The notes: a model not told the origin generated them from the sequence alone. DNA of 64,000 nt from an uncultured Candidatus Saccharibacteria bacterium (GCA_964632215.1 CAZWBG010000001.1:431863-495862), one strand, 5' to 3'; counted from the stretch's first letter, positions 1-9,525 are shown. Numbers and translations are program-made.

Positions 1-418
1 CAGCCAGCTCAAGGACAAATAGATCATCATGCAAAACGGAAGCTAGGTTTAATTTTTTCCGATTTATAATGTAACCATACGAAAAGATCTGCAGAGAAGG
101 ACTGTATGACCTAGCAGATAGCCCCAAGTGGAAAGTTAGGTGGCTATAAACATATCGGGAAACAATGGCATCACAGCCAGCATACTAATGCTGCCTTATT
201 TCTATTTCTATTTCGAAACACTGACCAAAGTTGCTAGTCATTCATCCGATAGACATGTGAGGTACAACACTTAATACTGTATTTATTATGTACGGTGTCA
301 CGAAAGTAAGTGTACGAGTAGGGTTGTTATTTTGCTTATTCTTGCACTACTTCTTATAAGCTGAGAAGATATGCATATCGGAAATTCCGGTACACCAAAG
401 AAGTGGGAGTACCTTTAC

Positions 419-1963
419 ATGACCCAGAAGAGAACATTGATTTCGGTCTACGATAAGACCGGCGTTGTCGAGCTCGCTCGTGAGCTGGCCGACCTTGATT
501 GGGAGATCATTTCTTCAGGCGGCACGGCCAAGGCTATCAGCGATGCTGGTATTGCCGTGACAACTGTCGAGGAACAAACTGGCCTTCGAGCCATTTTGAA
601 CCACCGCGTGGCCACCCTGGACTACCATATCCATGGCGGCATCTTGGCAGACACCAACAAGCCAGAACATCTGGCTGACATGGAGGAGTATGGAATCCAG
701 ACCATCGATCTGGTGGTTGGCGGGTTGTATCCTTTCAGCGACACGGTAGCCTCGGGTGCTTCGTTCGCTGAGTGCATCGAGAAGATCGATGTCGGCGGAC
801 CAACGTTGCTACGAGGCGCAGCCAAGAACCATGCCCGAGTGGGCGTGGTGACCTCGCCAGAGGATTACCCTTTGGTGCTGGAAGAGCTTCGTGCCAACGG
901 TGAGCTCTCCGACCAGACCCGCCAGTATCTGGCGAAGAAGGCGTTTGCTCACACAGCGGCATACGATGCAGCAATTGCCAGCTGGATGCAACAAGGTGAG
1001 CTCTTGCCTGAAACGCTACACATGAGCCTGACTAGGGCTCCTCTGGCGCTGCGTTACGGTGAGAACCCACATCAGCAGGCAGCGTTGTACACGCTGGATG
1101 GCACAGATCCCTGGTGGAACGACATCATCCAACACAGTGGTATCGCTTCGTCGTATCTCAACATGTACGACGCAGATGCCGCTTGGCGACTCGTGCACGA
1201 ACCAGCGCTTGATGATGGCACTCCAAAATGTGCCATCATCAAGCACGCCAACCCTTGCGGGTTCGCCACGGCACCGACACTTGCCGAGGCCTACCGACGA
1301 GCATTTGAGTGCGATCCGATGTCCGCCTTTGGCGGCATTGTGGCAGTCAATCAGATCATCGACAACAAAACAGTCGTCGAGATGGTGGCAGCGGCCCAGG
1401 CCGATGTCGTGATTGCTCCTGGCTATGCCCCTGGCGTAGTCGAGCAGTTGATTGCCAAGCGCAAGAACACTCGTCTGCTCGAAGCTTCGGCACCGTCTTT
1501 TGGTGGCGTTCACCTCAGGCAGATCACAGATGGGCTGCTTGTCCAAGAAGCTCATCACTTCGTGGCCACTAATCCTTCCGAGTGGCAAGTGGTAACACAG
1601 CGTCAACCAACGGCTGAAGAGCTTCGCGACGGCTACTTGGCATTCATCTTGGGTGGCTATGTCAAATCTAACTCTATCGTCCTCACTGCGGGCGGTGTTG
1701 CCTGGGGAATCGGTGCCGGACAGCAGAATCGTCTGGAATCAGCCGAGATCGCCACCAAGAAGGCGGCCGGCCGAGCCAGGGGCGGTGCACTGGGTAGTGA
1801 TGCCTTTTTCCCGTTCTCGGACGGAATCGAGTCTGCGGCTCGCGCCGAGGTCTCGCTTATCGTCCAGCCAGGTGGTTCAGTCAGAGATGATGAGTGCATC
1901 GCCAAAGCTGATGAGCTTGGTATTGCCATGGTCTTCACTGGTGAACGCCATTTCATCCACTAA
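419..1963 (+). CDS. purH: Bifunctional AICAR formyltransferase / IMP cyclohydrolase (PurH)
   Basis: ORF 371..1963 has family-typical blocks RTLISVYDKTG, GGPTLLRGAAKNH, IIKHANPCG and GSDAFFPF. The ATG at 419 (MTQKR) is preferred as the start, with GGGAG upstream. The region is visibly G+C-rich, with many overlapping spurious ORFs on both strands. Confidence 0.9.
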   Translation: MTQKRTLISVYDKTGVVELARELADLDWEIISSGGTAKAISDAGIAVTTVEEQTGLRAILNHRVATLDYHIHGGILADTNKPEHLADMEEYGIQTIDLVVGGLYPFSDTVASGASFAECIEKIDVGGPTLLRGAAKNHARVGVVTSPEDYPLVLEELRANGELSDQTRQYLAKKAFAHTAAYDAAIASWMQQGELLPETLHMSLTRAPLALRYGENPHQQAALYTLDGTDPWWNDIIQHSGIASSYLNMYDADAAWRLVHEPALDDGTPKCAIIKHANPCGFATAPTLAEAYRRAFECDPMSAFGGIVAVNQIIDNKTVVEMVAAAQADVVIAPGYAPGVVEQLIAKRKNTRLLEASAPSFGGVHLRQITDGLLVQEAHHFVATNPSEWQVVTQRQPTAEELRDGYLAFILGGYVKSNSIVLTAGGVAWGIGAGQQNRLESAEIATKKAAGRARGGALGSDAFFPFSDGIESAARAEVSLIVQPGGSVRDDECIAKADELGIAMVFTGERHFIH

Positions 1964-1967
1964 GCCG

Positions 1968-2204
1968 ATGGAGACGCAACCAGTTCAATCAGGTCAGCGG
2001 TATCGCTGTTTTCAGTGCGGTAATCTCACGTTGTTTAGTGTGAAGAAGACCACGCGGACCCGTGAGTTCCATCACTTCACCCTAGGAGGTGAGCTCAACA
2101 TCGATGAATCAGACACCCTCCTTGAAACCATTGAGGAGGTGACCTGCATTTGGTGTGGTGACGGCAAAAGCATTGAGGTCATTGAGATTCCAAACACCAG
2201 CTAA
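1968..2204 (+). CDS. Small zinc-ribbon-like protein (CxxC...CxxC), function unknown
   Basis: ATG at 1968 lies 5 nt after the purH stop, giving a 78-aa tail of ORF 1653..2204. It has CFQC and CIWC pairs and the same G+C-rich composition as purH. Confidence 0.45.
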   Translation: METQPVQSGQRYRCFQCGNLTLFSVKKTTRTREFHHFTLGGELNIDESDTLLETIEEVTCIWCGDGKSIEVIEIPNTS

Positions 2205-2215
2205 CACTGGTGTCA

Positions 2216-2267
2216 TCCGGAGAGGGAGGGGAACGAGCGCAACAGTGCGCTCTCCCCTCTCCTTCCG
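2216..2267 (+). terminator. Long imperfect GC-rich hairpin closing the purH islet
   Basis: The core stem is GAGCGCA-acag-TGCGCTC. It is extended by GGGGAGGG/CCCCTCTCC and outer CCGG/CCGG pairing. It sits directly after the stop at 2204. The T-run is weak. Confidence 0.5.
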
Positions 2268-2407
2268 GTAATTATTAAAGTTTATTACTAATCACGGTAG
2301 TAGGTTTTGATAATTGAAGATCGACGAGTACTCGAGATACTACCAATCTGTAGGCTCTCCTTTTAAGTTGGGTTTTCGTTGACTTTTATCTGTAAAACTA
2401 AAGTTTA

Positions 2408-2695
2408 TTACAGATTTATCTTTACACCACTCGAGAAAGCATCGTCGTGTAATTGAGCGGTGACTGGTATCTGATCTTTTGGTATATCGAACACGATAAT
2501 GCCTTCCACGGAATTACCGGGATTTACATCGCTATACCAACTGCTACTATTTGGAGAAGCATACATTGTGGCCATATCATCAGCGGAATACCTTTGACCT
2601 TGAGCATTCAATAGATACTGGTTGCTAGAAAATAGGCTCTGCGCCCCATCACCTATATTCGTAACCTTCACTAAAGAATATCGAAAAGCTCGCAA
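2408..2695 (-). pseudogene. N-terminally truncated DUF4352-like domain fragment
   Basis: This 95-aa ORF starts at TTG with an in-frame stop 4 codons upstream. It has the block VTNIGDGAQ...GNSVEGIIVFDIP typical of the C-terminal part of DUF4352. It lacks the signal/TM region that the full-length paralogs at 44406 and 63175 have. Confidence 0.4.
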
Positions 2696-2781
2696 AAGCC
2701 TTGTGTATTAAAACTCGTGAGTTAATTTAGCCCGCCAAACAAGTTATTCTTCTTAGCTGACTTTACGAGATTAGCTACTAG

Positions 2782-3447
2782 CTAGGTGACTGTCGTGTTA
2801 CGTAGTTCCCGCTGGCGAGCGAAGACCTGGAGTCGCGGGACTGCCAATTCGAGTGTTTGCTGAGCATTACCACTGGCATCTATGGATGCATGGGCTCTTC
2901 GCATACCCTGCCAAGCAACTAATTCGTAGCCAACACTCACCTCTGATCTTGCTTGTTCCCACGACTGAAGCCGTAAGGCTGCCGCATCTACAGACACGCT
3001 CGATTCCAATGCATCAGGGCCAACCACCTCATGATGTTTTTCGTCAAAGGTGTCAGCTATGTATCGTTCTTTACAGACAGCTTCATCAGCCTCCATATAA
3101 AGCACAGATCCGCCTAGCTGCTGAGTAAAGTATTCTACGTCTCGCAAATGTCGCAGTGCATCAACAATAATAATGCCGCCATTCAGGCGGCGTAGCTGAT
3201 CTAGAACCTGCTGATCTTCACCTACTTCACGTAAACCAGCATGGTATTCTTGCATTCCAGTTAACGATGGCGGACCGTTGTAACCGTACCAAGACAGTAG
3301 TTGACGCATCGGTACAGCGTGTATTTCGGAATCTGTTATATCAATGTCATCAAGGAGTAAGCTGTCGAGACCTCGTGCCAGAGAAGTTTTTCCGACTCCA
3401 GGTAAGCCCATAAGTGCTACCAGAGTGGATTCAGTATATTCTGCCAC
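2782..3447 (-). CDS. P-loop NTPase / kinase-like protein
   Basis: Walker A motif GLPGVGKTS lies near the N-terminus. The GTG start has TATACT exactly 6 nt upstream, the leaderless-type arrangement. Confidence 0.55.
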   Translation of the reverse strand: MAEYTESTLVALMGLPGVGKTSLARGLDSLLLDDIDITDSEIHAVPMRQLLSWYGYNGPPSLTGMQEYHAGLREVGEDQQVLDQLRRLNGGIIIVDALRHLRDVEYFTQQLGGSVLYMEADEAVCKERYIADTFDEKHHEVVGPDALESSVSVDAAALRLQSWEQARSEVSVGYELVAWQGMRRAHASIDASGNAQQTLELAVPRLQVFARQRELRNTTVT

Positions 3448-3485
3448 TCTTCTAGTATACCTTATAACCCAGGCTTGGGCTCATC

Positions 3486-3514
3486 TTGACATGCAAGACT
3501 GATTGTGCTAGTAT
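3486..3514 (+). promoter_or_regulatory. Sigma70-like promoter for the DEAD-box helicase gene
   Basis: TTGACA (3486-3491), a 17-nt spacer, then TAGTAT (3509-3514). This would give a leader of about 125 nt before the ATG at 3644. Confidence 0.45.
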
Positions 3515-3643
3515 TATTACATTGTTTTGATGAATCCAGGTCTGTTTAGTAAAAAATACTTTGGTTTCATTCTAGAATCTACATTCGTAGGAATCTCTGA
3601 ACAATCAAGGTAATACTAAATAAACAGAAAAGGATTCTTTTTT

Positions 3644-4849
3644 ATGCCTTATAATTCACGCGTCAAACGACGTACTTCATACGGTGGTCAAAACCGCCGT
3701 CCAAATAATAACAACCGCACCCGTAACCGTTCTGGTATGCGTGGTCAATATATTGATCCTGCACGCTTCGTACAAGCTGCTAAGGTTACCGAAGTTGAAG
3801 CATATGTGCCAAAGCACAACTTTGCTGACTTTGAAGTAGCCGAGCTTCTAAAGCAAAACATGATCGACAAAGGTTATGTAACACCTTCACCTATTCAAGA
3901 TCAGACGATCCCACTGGGTATTGAAGGTCGTGATGTGATTGGTATAGCCAACACCGGTACTGGTAAAACTGCCGCTTTTTGTGTACCTGTACTTGATAAG
4001 CTCATCAATAACCCTCACAGCAAAGTGCTCATTATTGCCCCAACTCGTGAGCTTGCTCAACAGATTGAGGAAGAATGCCGTTCTATTGCCAAAGGTAGTG
4101 GTCTCTTCGGTGTATTACTGATTGGTGGAACGCCAATGGGTCCTCAACTTCGTGACCTCCGCTCTAAGCCACGTGTCGTAATTGGTACACCAGGACGTGT
4201 AAAAGATCACCTTGAGCGCGGTACTTTACACCTACAAACCTTTAACCTCGTTGTTTTAGACGAAGTTGACCGAATGCTCGACATGGGCTTCTTGCCAGAT
4301 ATGCGCTTTATTCTTGATAGTCTTAATGAAAAACGTCAGTCGTTCTTCTTCTCGGCTACTATGGATGCCCGCGTTAGCCAGTTGATTGAATCATTTGCGA
4401 ATGATCCTGTCACGGTTTCTGTAAAGACGAGTGCTGCGAGTGAAAACGTACATCAAGATGTCGTTCACTACATCTCAAGAGAAGATAAGATTGAAAAACT
4501 ACACGAAGTCTTACTACAAGATGCTGTTGAAAAAGTTATCATCTTCGACGAAACACAGCGCAGCGTAGAACGCCTGAGTAAAGAACTGCTCGACCGTGGT
4601 TTTGCAACAGATGCCATTCATGGTGGTAAATCTCAAGGCCAACGTCAGCGTGCCCTTAAGCGCTTTAAGCAAACTGATATCGATATTCTGGTTGCTACTG
4701 ATGTAGCCGCTCGTGGTATTGACGTAGTTGATATCACCCACGTGATTAACTACGCCCTACCTCAGTCTTACGAAGACTACACCCACCGTGTTGGTCGCGC
4801 AGGACGAGCCGGACGTACTGGTCACGCCCTAACCTTCGTTACGAAATAG
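3644..4849 (+). CDS. DEAD-box ATP-dependent RNA helicase
   Basis: Q motif/PTPIQ-like SPIQ, ANTGTGKTAAF (motif I), PTRELA, VLDEVD (motif II variant), SAT, and HRVGRAGRAGR (motif VI). There is a basic N-terminal tail. Confidence 0.9.
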   Translation: MPYNSRVKRRTSYGGQNRRPNNNNRTRNRSGMRGQYIDPARFVQAAKVTEVEAYVPKHNFADFEVAELLKQNMIDKGYVTPSPIQDQTIPLGIEGRDVIGIANTGTGKTAAFCVPVLDKLINNPHSKVLIIAPTRELAQQIEEECRSIAKGSGLFGVLLIGGTPMGPQLRDLRSKPRVVIGTPGRVKDHLERGTLHLQTFNLVVLDEVDRMLDMGFLPDMRFILDSLNEKRQSFFFSATMDARVSQLIESFANDPVTVSVKTSAASENVHQDVVHYISREDKIEKLHEVLLQDAVEKVIIFDETQRSVERLSKELLDRGFATDAIHGGKSQGQRQRALKRFKQTDIDILVATDVAARGIDVVDITHVINYALPQSYEDYTHRVGRAGRAGRTGHALTFVTK

Positions 4850-4858
4850 CTTTACGAG

Positions 4859-4886
4859 CACTTCATAAATAGACTACCCTTAAACA
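4859..4886 (+). terminator. Hairpin terminator after the helicase gene
   Basis: Stem ATAGACTACC and GGTAGTCTAT around an 8-nt loop, followed by TTTAATT. Confidence 0.55.
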
Positions 4887-4890
4887 GGTA

Positions 4891-4919
4891 GTCTATTTAA
4901 TTGACTTTTAGGTTTATTT
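4891..4919 (+). promoter_or_regulatory. Sigma70-like promoter for the 5017 gene
   Basis: TTGACT (4891-4896), a 17-nt spacer, then TAATAT (4914-4919). Confidence 0.4.
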
Positions 4920-5016
4920 GTTTTAATATAAATTTGTTCTACTACTGAACAACTGTCCACGGTTTTCGTGGATGTTCTTTTCTTTGTTGGTACAAGCAAA
5001 CCTAAAAAGGAGAATT

Positions 5017-5397
5017 GTGGATTATACCACTATGCTGCGTAGGCTTCCCAAAGGTACAGCTTTCAAGATCACGCTACACGGCACGGAAGGTAGGAGATGG
5101 GACATCTATGAGTGTGTCTGGATGAAGAACGACTGCTTCCGCATCATTTCCATCAACGGAATCAGGAATCATGACCCGCTCATGAAGCTCACTGGTATTG
5201 CACCGACCAAATCACTGGAAGATATCCGAAGGGATGTTCTGGTTGCACAAGGTCAGCACTTCGTCACATCGATACGTGGACGAGAAAAGCTTTCCACAGG
5301 TACCGTCTATGGAGTGATGGTGCATAAGCAGCCAGCCGAGGAATCAACCAAGGGGCTGAAGCCGATTCTCAGAAATCGGCTCGTCCGAAACCGTTAA
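5017..5397 (+). CDS. Hypothetical protein (G+C-richer orphan)
   Basis: This is part of ORF 4972..5397. The GTG at 5017 is preceded by AAGGAG at proper spacing. I recognise no motif. Confidence 0.45.
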   Translation: MDYTTMLRRLPKGTAFKITLHGTEGRRWDIYECVWMKNDCFRIISINGIRNHDPLMKLTGIAPTKSLEDIRRDVLVAQGQHFVTSIRGREKLSTGTVYGVMVHKQPAEESTKGLKPILRNRLVRNR

Positions 5398-5410
5398 CAC
5401 CACAAAGAGG

Positions 5411-5440
5411 TGGCCAGGGGTGTAGATACACCCCTGGCCA
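5411..5440. terminator. GC-rich hairpin between convergent genes
   Basis: TGGCCAGGGGTG-tagata-CACCCCTGGCCA, a perfect 12-bp stem. It lies between the stop at 5397 (+) and the stop at 5499 (-). Confidence 0.55.
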
Positions 5441-5498
5441 AGCGTCTAGGCGCGGAATTGAGCTCATGATATTTATCTGAAGCCCTTCCGCGCTTTTT

Positions 5499-6326
5499 TC
5501 ATGCCTGTATTTTAATAACTCGGTACAGTTGATACCACTGTTCAAGCGTTAATTCTTGAGCTCTAGCCTCAGGGCTAATCTCAGCCCTGATAAGTAAACT
5601 ATCTACTACTGATTTTTCTAGATGCAAAGCCCCACTCAGCGATGAACGGAGCTTTTTTCGTTTTTCAGAAAAACCAGCTTTGACCACTTTAAAGAATTGT
5701 TTAGTGTCTACATCTGGAAACAGTGGTTCCTGGCGCCGAGTCAGCTTAATAATCTGGGAGTCTACCTTGGGTGGTGGCGTAAATAATGCGGCTGGCACCA
5801 GATCTAACGCTTCAGCCTGAGCATAAAATTGCACACTGACGGCTAAAATGCTCATCTGGCCAGGCTTAGCTACAATTCGCTCAGCTACCTCTTTTTGTAC
5901 CAAAAGTGCCATAATACTCGGTGGATTTTTAGCCTCGAGCAGTGTACGAATAAGGTTAGAGGTTAAGTAGTACGGAATATTAGCGACTACCTTGTAATTT
6001 GGAGTGATTTGAGAAAAGTCGTATTCCAGTATATTCGCTCGTACAACCTCAAGTCTACTATCTACATCATTTTTTATGCTCTCTGGCAACCCCAGAGCCT
6101 CCACACGGCCTTTTAACCCATGAGCAAGCTCATCATCGAGTTCAATAGCAATCACCTTCTTAGCGGCTTCTAAAAGCTTAACTGTTAACGTGCCTAGCCC
6201 TGGCCCTACCTCTACTACGGTGTCATCAGGGGTGATCGCCCCGGCTTGCACCATGGCATCTAAAGAAGCTTCGTCATGCAGCCAGTGCTGTCCAAGTGAT
6301 TTTCGCGCATACGGAATATCAGACAT
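5499..6326 (-). CDS. rsmA: 16S rRNA (adenine1518/1519-N6)-dimethyltransferase RsmA/KsgA
   Basis: N-terminal KSLGQHWL, SAM-binding VVEVGPGLGTLT, and NIPYYLTS. The length is typical for the family. Confidence 0.9.
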   Translation of the reverse strand: MSDIPYARKSLGQHWLHDEASLDAMVQAGAITPDDTVVEVGPGLGTLTVKLLEAAKKVIAIELDDELAHGLKGRVEALGLPESIKNDVDSRLEVVRANILEYDFSQITPNYKVVANIPYYLTSNLIRTLLEAKNPPSIMALLVQKEVAERIVAKPGQMSILAVSVQFYAQAEALDLVPAALFTPPPKVDSQIIKLTRRQEPLFPDVDTKQFFKVVKAGFSEKRKKLRSSLSGALHLEKSVVDSLLIRAEISPEARAQELTLEQWYQLYRVIKIQA

Positions 6327-6505
6327 AGACCGCTCGGCACGTAGTAGTAAGATGAATCATTGTCTGTATTGTAACAAAGCTTTATCTTATGTGTCAGAGT
6401 TTTCTTACTTCTGGCAGATGAGATACGGCTTTGTGCGAAACTTTGTATGAAATATTTGCGAAGTAGCGGAGTTATCTTGAAGAGAAAGAGGAAAAATGGG
6501 GGGGA

Positions 6506-6539
6506 GGCGGAAATGGCACTGTTACGCACCATTCCCGCC
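6506..6539 (-). terminator. Hairpin downstream of the 6556 gene
   Basis: GGCGGAAATGGCAC / GCACCATTCCCGCC arms around a 6-nt loop. Mismatches become G-U pairs on the minus strand. Confidence 0.4.
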
Positions 6540-6555
6540 CGACACTGCAAGAGCA

Positions 6556-6984
6556 TTAGAGCTCCTGAAATGAAAGAATCATAACCACACGGCCATCTCC
6601 CAGGTAATCAAACTGACCATAGAGCTGCACTTCGTGGAACTCTTCATTCGGAAAAAACGATCTGACAAGGTTGAAGTTGTTGGCATGAATCTCATCATTA
6701 CCACTACTGCAAGACACGACTACGCGAATCTTGCCTTCTTCGTAGCTCGTCTCCATGGCCATTTCTAGCCATTTACCCTCATGACACGCCATGAACTCCG
6801 CATGTATAGCCGGCAGCTCATCCTCAATCGGAAGTATGCCGTCCGCTCCTACAAACCTGAAGCTCTCGTGTGGCGCCACAAGCTGCGCAAGAAGCGCTAT
6901 GCCTTCCTTCAACTCTTGATAAGCATCACGTGACATATTGGTGGGCATTGAGCAGGCAAGCTTCTCCGCTGGTGCTGTTTCCAT
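6556..6984 (-). CDS. Hypothetical protein (G+C-richer orphan)
   Basis: 142-aa ORF with no recognisable motif. Its composition differs visibly from its neighbours. Confidence 0.45.
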   Translation of the reverse strand: METAPAEKLACSMPTNMSRDAYQELKEGIALLAQLVAPHESFRFVGADGILPIEDELPAIHAEFMACHEGKWLEMAMETSYEEGKIRVVVSCSSGNDEIHANNFNLVRSFFPNEEFHEVQLYGQFDYLGDGRVVMILSFQEL

Positions 6985-7167
6985 TATTCTTACTCCAATG
7001 TGACTCGGCCATCTTCTGGTCGAGCAGCTATATACACCACTGATATATACAGAAGCTCAACCGGAAGTGGCATCAAACGCCACTTCGCAAAGGTACGCGA
7101 CCAAGATTATCTCCCTATCGCTACTACTTTTATATCATAAAACTGATCTTAATACAAGTATCTTTAG

Positions 7168-7674
7168 CTAAGCAGCCAGTTTTAGAAAGGTTTTCAGCCG
7201 GCGAATAATCTCATCCTCTTCTTTAGGATTAGGCTTACCAAGCAGCTTCTCGGCCTCGTCAATAGATACCCACACCTTACCGTCGTGCTCATCATCCATA
7301 GAAATAAGGTCAGCTTGCCATAATCCTGCAAAGTAATGAACTGTCTTTTCCACAGATATACCGTTTTTTGGGCTTGTTATGGCCGCCCAGTAACGAGTAC
7401 CGAGATAGCCCTGGAGACGAACCTCACAGCCAGCTTCCTCTCGGGTCTCTCTAAGAGCGGCTTGCTCCAAGGATTCGCCCAGCTCCACATGACCTTTTGG
7501 CAGATGATAACTCTCTGCATTAGTACCAGCAGATCCAGGGTCAGTTGCCTGAAGTCGCCTTAGTAGTAGCACCTCCGTCGCCTCACCCACCTGGCGATAT
7601 ACCACCGTACCAGCACTAATAGCATAAGGCCAATCTTCGGTGGCTCTAAATTCCCCAGAATCATATAATTTCAT
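7168..7674 (-). CDS. Nudix hydrolase
   Basis: Nudix box GHVELGESLEQAALRETREEAGCEV. TACACT lies 6 nt upstream of the ATG. Confidence 0.8.
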   Translation of the reverse strand: MKLYDSGEFRATEDWPYAISAGTVVYRQVGEATEVLLLRRLQATDPGSAGTNAESYHLPKGHVELGESLEQAALRETREEAGCEVRLQGYLGTRYWAAITSPKNGISVEKTVHYFAGLWQADLISMDDEHDGKVWVSIDEAEKLLGKPNPKEEDEIIRRLKTFLKLAA

Positions 7675-7707
7675 CTTACTAGTGTAGCAGACTAGATATA
7701 TCCACCA

Positions 7708-8856
7708 TCACTTACAGGACCAATGCGACCAACCGCCACCAGCCATCATGCCCGTTGCCACTATAATCTGTGCTTCAACATCAAAGATTGACGCACCAGC
7801 CACCCCAAACGTTGCAGCACGCTTTGGCCAATAATCTGGGTCTTGTTGGAAAAGTCCCTTATGATGCCCATTGTCTGCGTTCGGATTAAAGGTACTCTCA
7901 CATTTTGCAATACGAGCTACTCGGTTCCCGTCAATACCTCGGACATCAGACCAATAATTGATACGTTCGATGATCTCAGCAGGCCCAACAACTAGCGGAG
8001 CCTTAGTACCGACTACAACTACTTGTTTTACTGGTTCCTGAGTAATGACCTCTTTTACGGAGTTCTTTACAGCCTCAATACCGTTATGGGTTACGATTTC
8101 ATAGGTTACGAGCTTCTTGCCGTTTTGACCGACTTCTTTTACCTGACGATAACTAGTCGGCTGGTTGACATCTTGAATCTTCTCTTCAGAGAAAGCAATC
8201 TCTTCTTCAACCGTCTTCACCTCTTTACCAACCTTAATAATCTTAACGAGCATACCTTCGGTAATCCGTGCTTCTTTTGGTACATTTAACTCATCACCTG
8301 CATCAAGCGCGATATCACGTTCAGTTAACAGATCACCTACGGTAATTTCGTGGGTTCGTAGTGGTGAAGCTGTGCCGTACAGATCGAAAGTGATGGCTTT
8401 AGCGCGCTTGATCACCATTTGAGTACCAGGAGCACCCTCAAAAGGGTCGTCAGAGCGCTCAAAAGCAAATTGATCTTCTTGTTGGGTCGTAAAACCAGCA
8501 TCTTCGGCAATCTTCTTAGGAGATCGCTCGGCAGTCATAGCAGTATAGCTATTAGGGCCGTCTACTACTGTAATAGGGCGTGCTCGATAAAGGTTAACGG
8601 TGAAATCAGAGCCCGCGACTGGAGTATTAAGAGATGGCTCGGTTTTATCATGCTCCGCAAGATTTACTTTCAAGCGGGCCAATACCTCACCTACCGTAAC
8701 GGCGTTGGTCGCGACGGTCTTGGTTTCACCATCTACATGAACGGTCACCATACGAGTATCTTCGGCATGAACATTACTGCTCATCTGGGGACGAGCAAAA
8801 ATGCCAAGACCCACAATGGCGACGATCGCAAAGATAAAAATAAATCGTTTTTTCAT
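7708..8856 (-). CDS. RpfB-like secreted wall hydrolase (DUF348 repeats + G5 + C-terminal transglycosylase-like domain)
   Basis: N-terminal signal/TM followed by repeated VTV..DG..........TVGE/DLL blocks. A G5-like stretch (EEIAFSEEKIQD..) follows. The C-terminus reads IAKCESTFNPNADNG..GLFQ...W. Confidence 0.7.
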   Translation of the reverse strand: MKKRFIFIFAIVAIVGLGIFARPQMSSNVHAEDTRMVTVHVDGETKTVATNAVTVGEVLARLKVNLAEHDKTEPSLNTPVAGSDFTVNLYRARPITVVDGPNSYTAMTAERSPKKIAEDAGFTTQQEDQFAFERSDDPFEGAPGTQMVIKRAKAITFDLYGTASPLRTHEITVGDLLTERDIALDAGDELNVPKEARITEGMLVKIIKVGKEVKTVEEEIAFSEEKIQDVNQPTSYRQVKEVGQNGKKLVTYEIVTHNGIEAVKNSVKEVITQEPVKQVVVVGTKAPLVVGPAEIIERINYWSDVRGIDGNRVARIAKCESTFNPNADNGHHKGLFQQDPDYWPKRAATFGVAGASIFDVEAQIIVATGMMAGGGWSHWSCK

Positions 8857-9018
8857 AAATAAATCGGGTAAGTACAGGATCTAACTGAGGCAACCACCTC
8901 TGTTGCATCTACAAGTATATCATAGCCCATTAGGAGTTAGTGATTGTTGTGGTGAGTTTTTGCTTTTGACTTATGATTATAGCATAAGCACTACAATAAA
9001 TCAAGTATTGTGTCAACT

Positions 9019-9504
9019 CTACTTACTACCGGCTTCATCTTGGGCGTTACTGAATGCAAGGGCGGTATCAATAGTATCGCTGTGGTCTTCAGGGAGTTCG
9101 CTAAGTGGAAACCACTGAACGTCTAGTATCTCTAGTGGTCGAGTAACACGAGGTTTCACAGTCTTGCCAAGAGTGGTTTTGAAAAACACCATATTCACCT
9201 GTGGCCATTTTACTTCTTTGGGCAAACGAGCCTCACCAAGGCGTATTAAATGCTTGTCATTAAGAACAATACTGGTTTCCTCGTGAGTCTCACGCACGGC
9301 AGCCTCAATATCCGATTCTTTGGTCTCAATACCACCGCCCGGGAGACTCCACCGCTGTTTACCGAACGAACTGCGTTGCAACAAGATCTTTTCCTCCGCA
9401 AGTATGAGCACACGGACCCGTCGGGAATTATGCAAAACAAGCCCAGAAAATGGCTGGGTCATAAAATGGAGGGCTCTGAGGCTTGTGCTGTATAGACGAT
9501 TCAT
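9019..9504 (-). CDS. Nudix hydrolase
   Basis: Nudix box LPGGGIETKESDIEAAVRETHEETSI. Confidence 0.8.
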   Translation of the reverse strand: MNRLYSTSLRALHFMTQPFSGLVLHNSRRVRVLILAEEKILLQRSSFGKQRWSLPGGGIETKESDIEAAVRETHEETSIVLNDKHLIRLGEARLPKEVKWPQVNMVFFKTTLGKTVKPRVTRPLEILDVQWFPLSELPEDHSDTIDTALAFSNAQDEAGSK

Positions 9505-9525
9505 ACCCTAACTACTTTACCTTAT

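Noticed and set aside
1-370. I looked for a ZTP (pfl) or purine riboswitch in the 370-nt ORF-free region upstream of purH.
   Set aside because: I could not find the conserved ZTP elements (GGGTCGTGAC.., CCGCCTGGGC) or the purine-riboswitch junction sequences by eye. A covariance-model scan (Rfam RF01750, RF00167) would be decisive.
622-2204. About nine additional ORFs of 60-196 aa overlap purH on both strands (for example 1016..1606 minus, 1653..2204 plus).
   Set aside because: They lie entirely inside a confidently identified purH gene in a G+C-rich, stop-codon-poor stretch, and their translations are low-complexity Arg/Ser/Pro-rich. Only the last 78 codons of 1653..2204, downstream of purH, are kept as a possible small gene.
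2271-2412. A direct repeat TAAAGTTTATTAC occurs at about 2275 and about 2398, flanking ~110 bp after the purH islet.
   Set aside because: It is a single 13-nt A+T-rich repeat that could arise by chance. There is no further evidence that it marks an insertion boundary.
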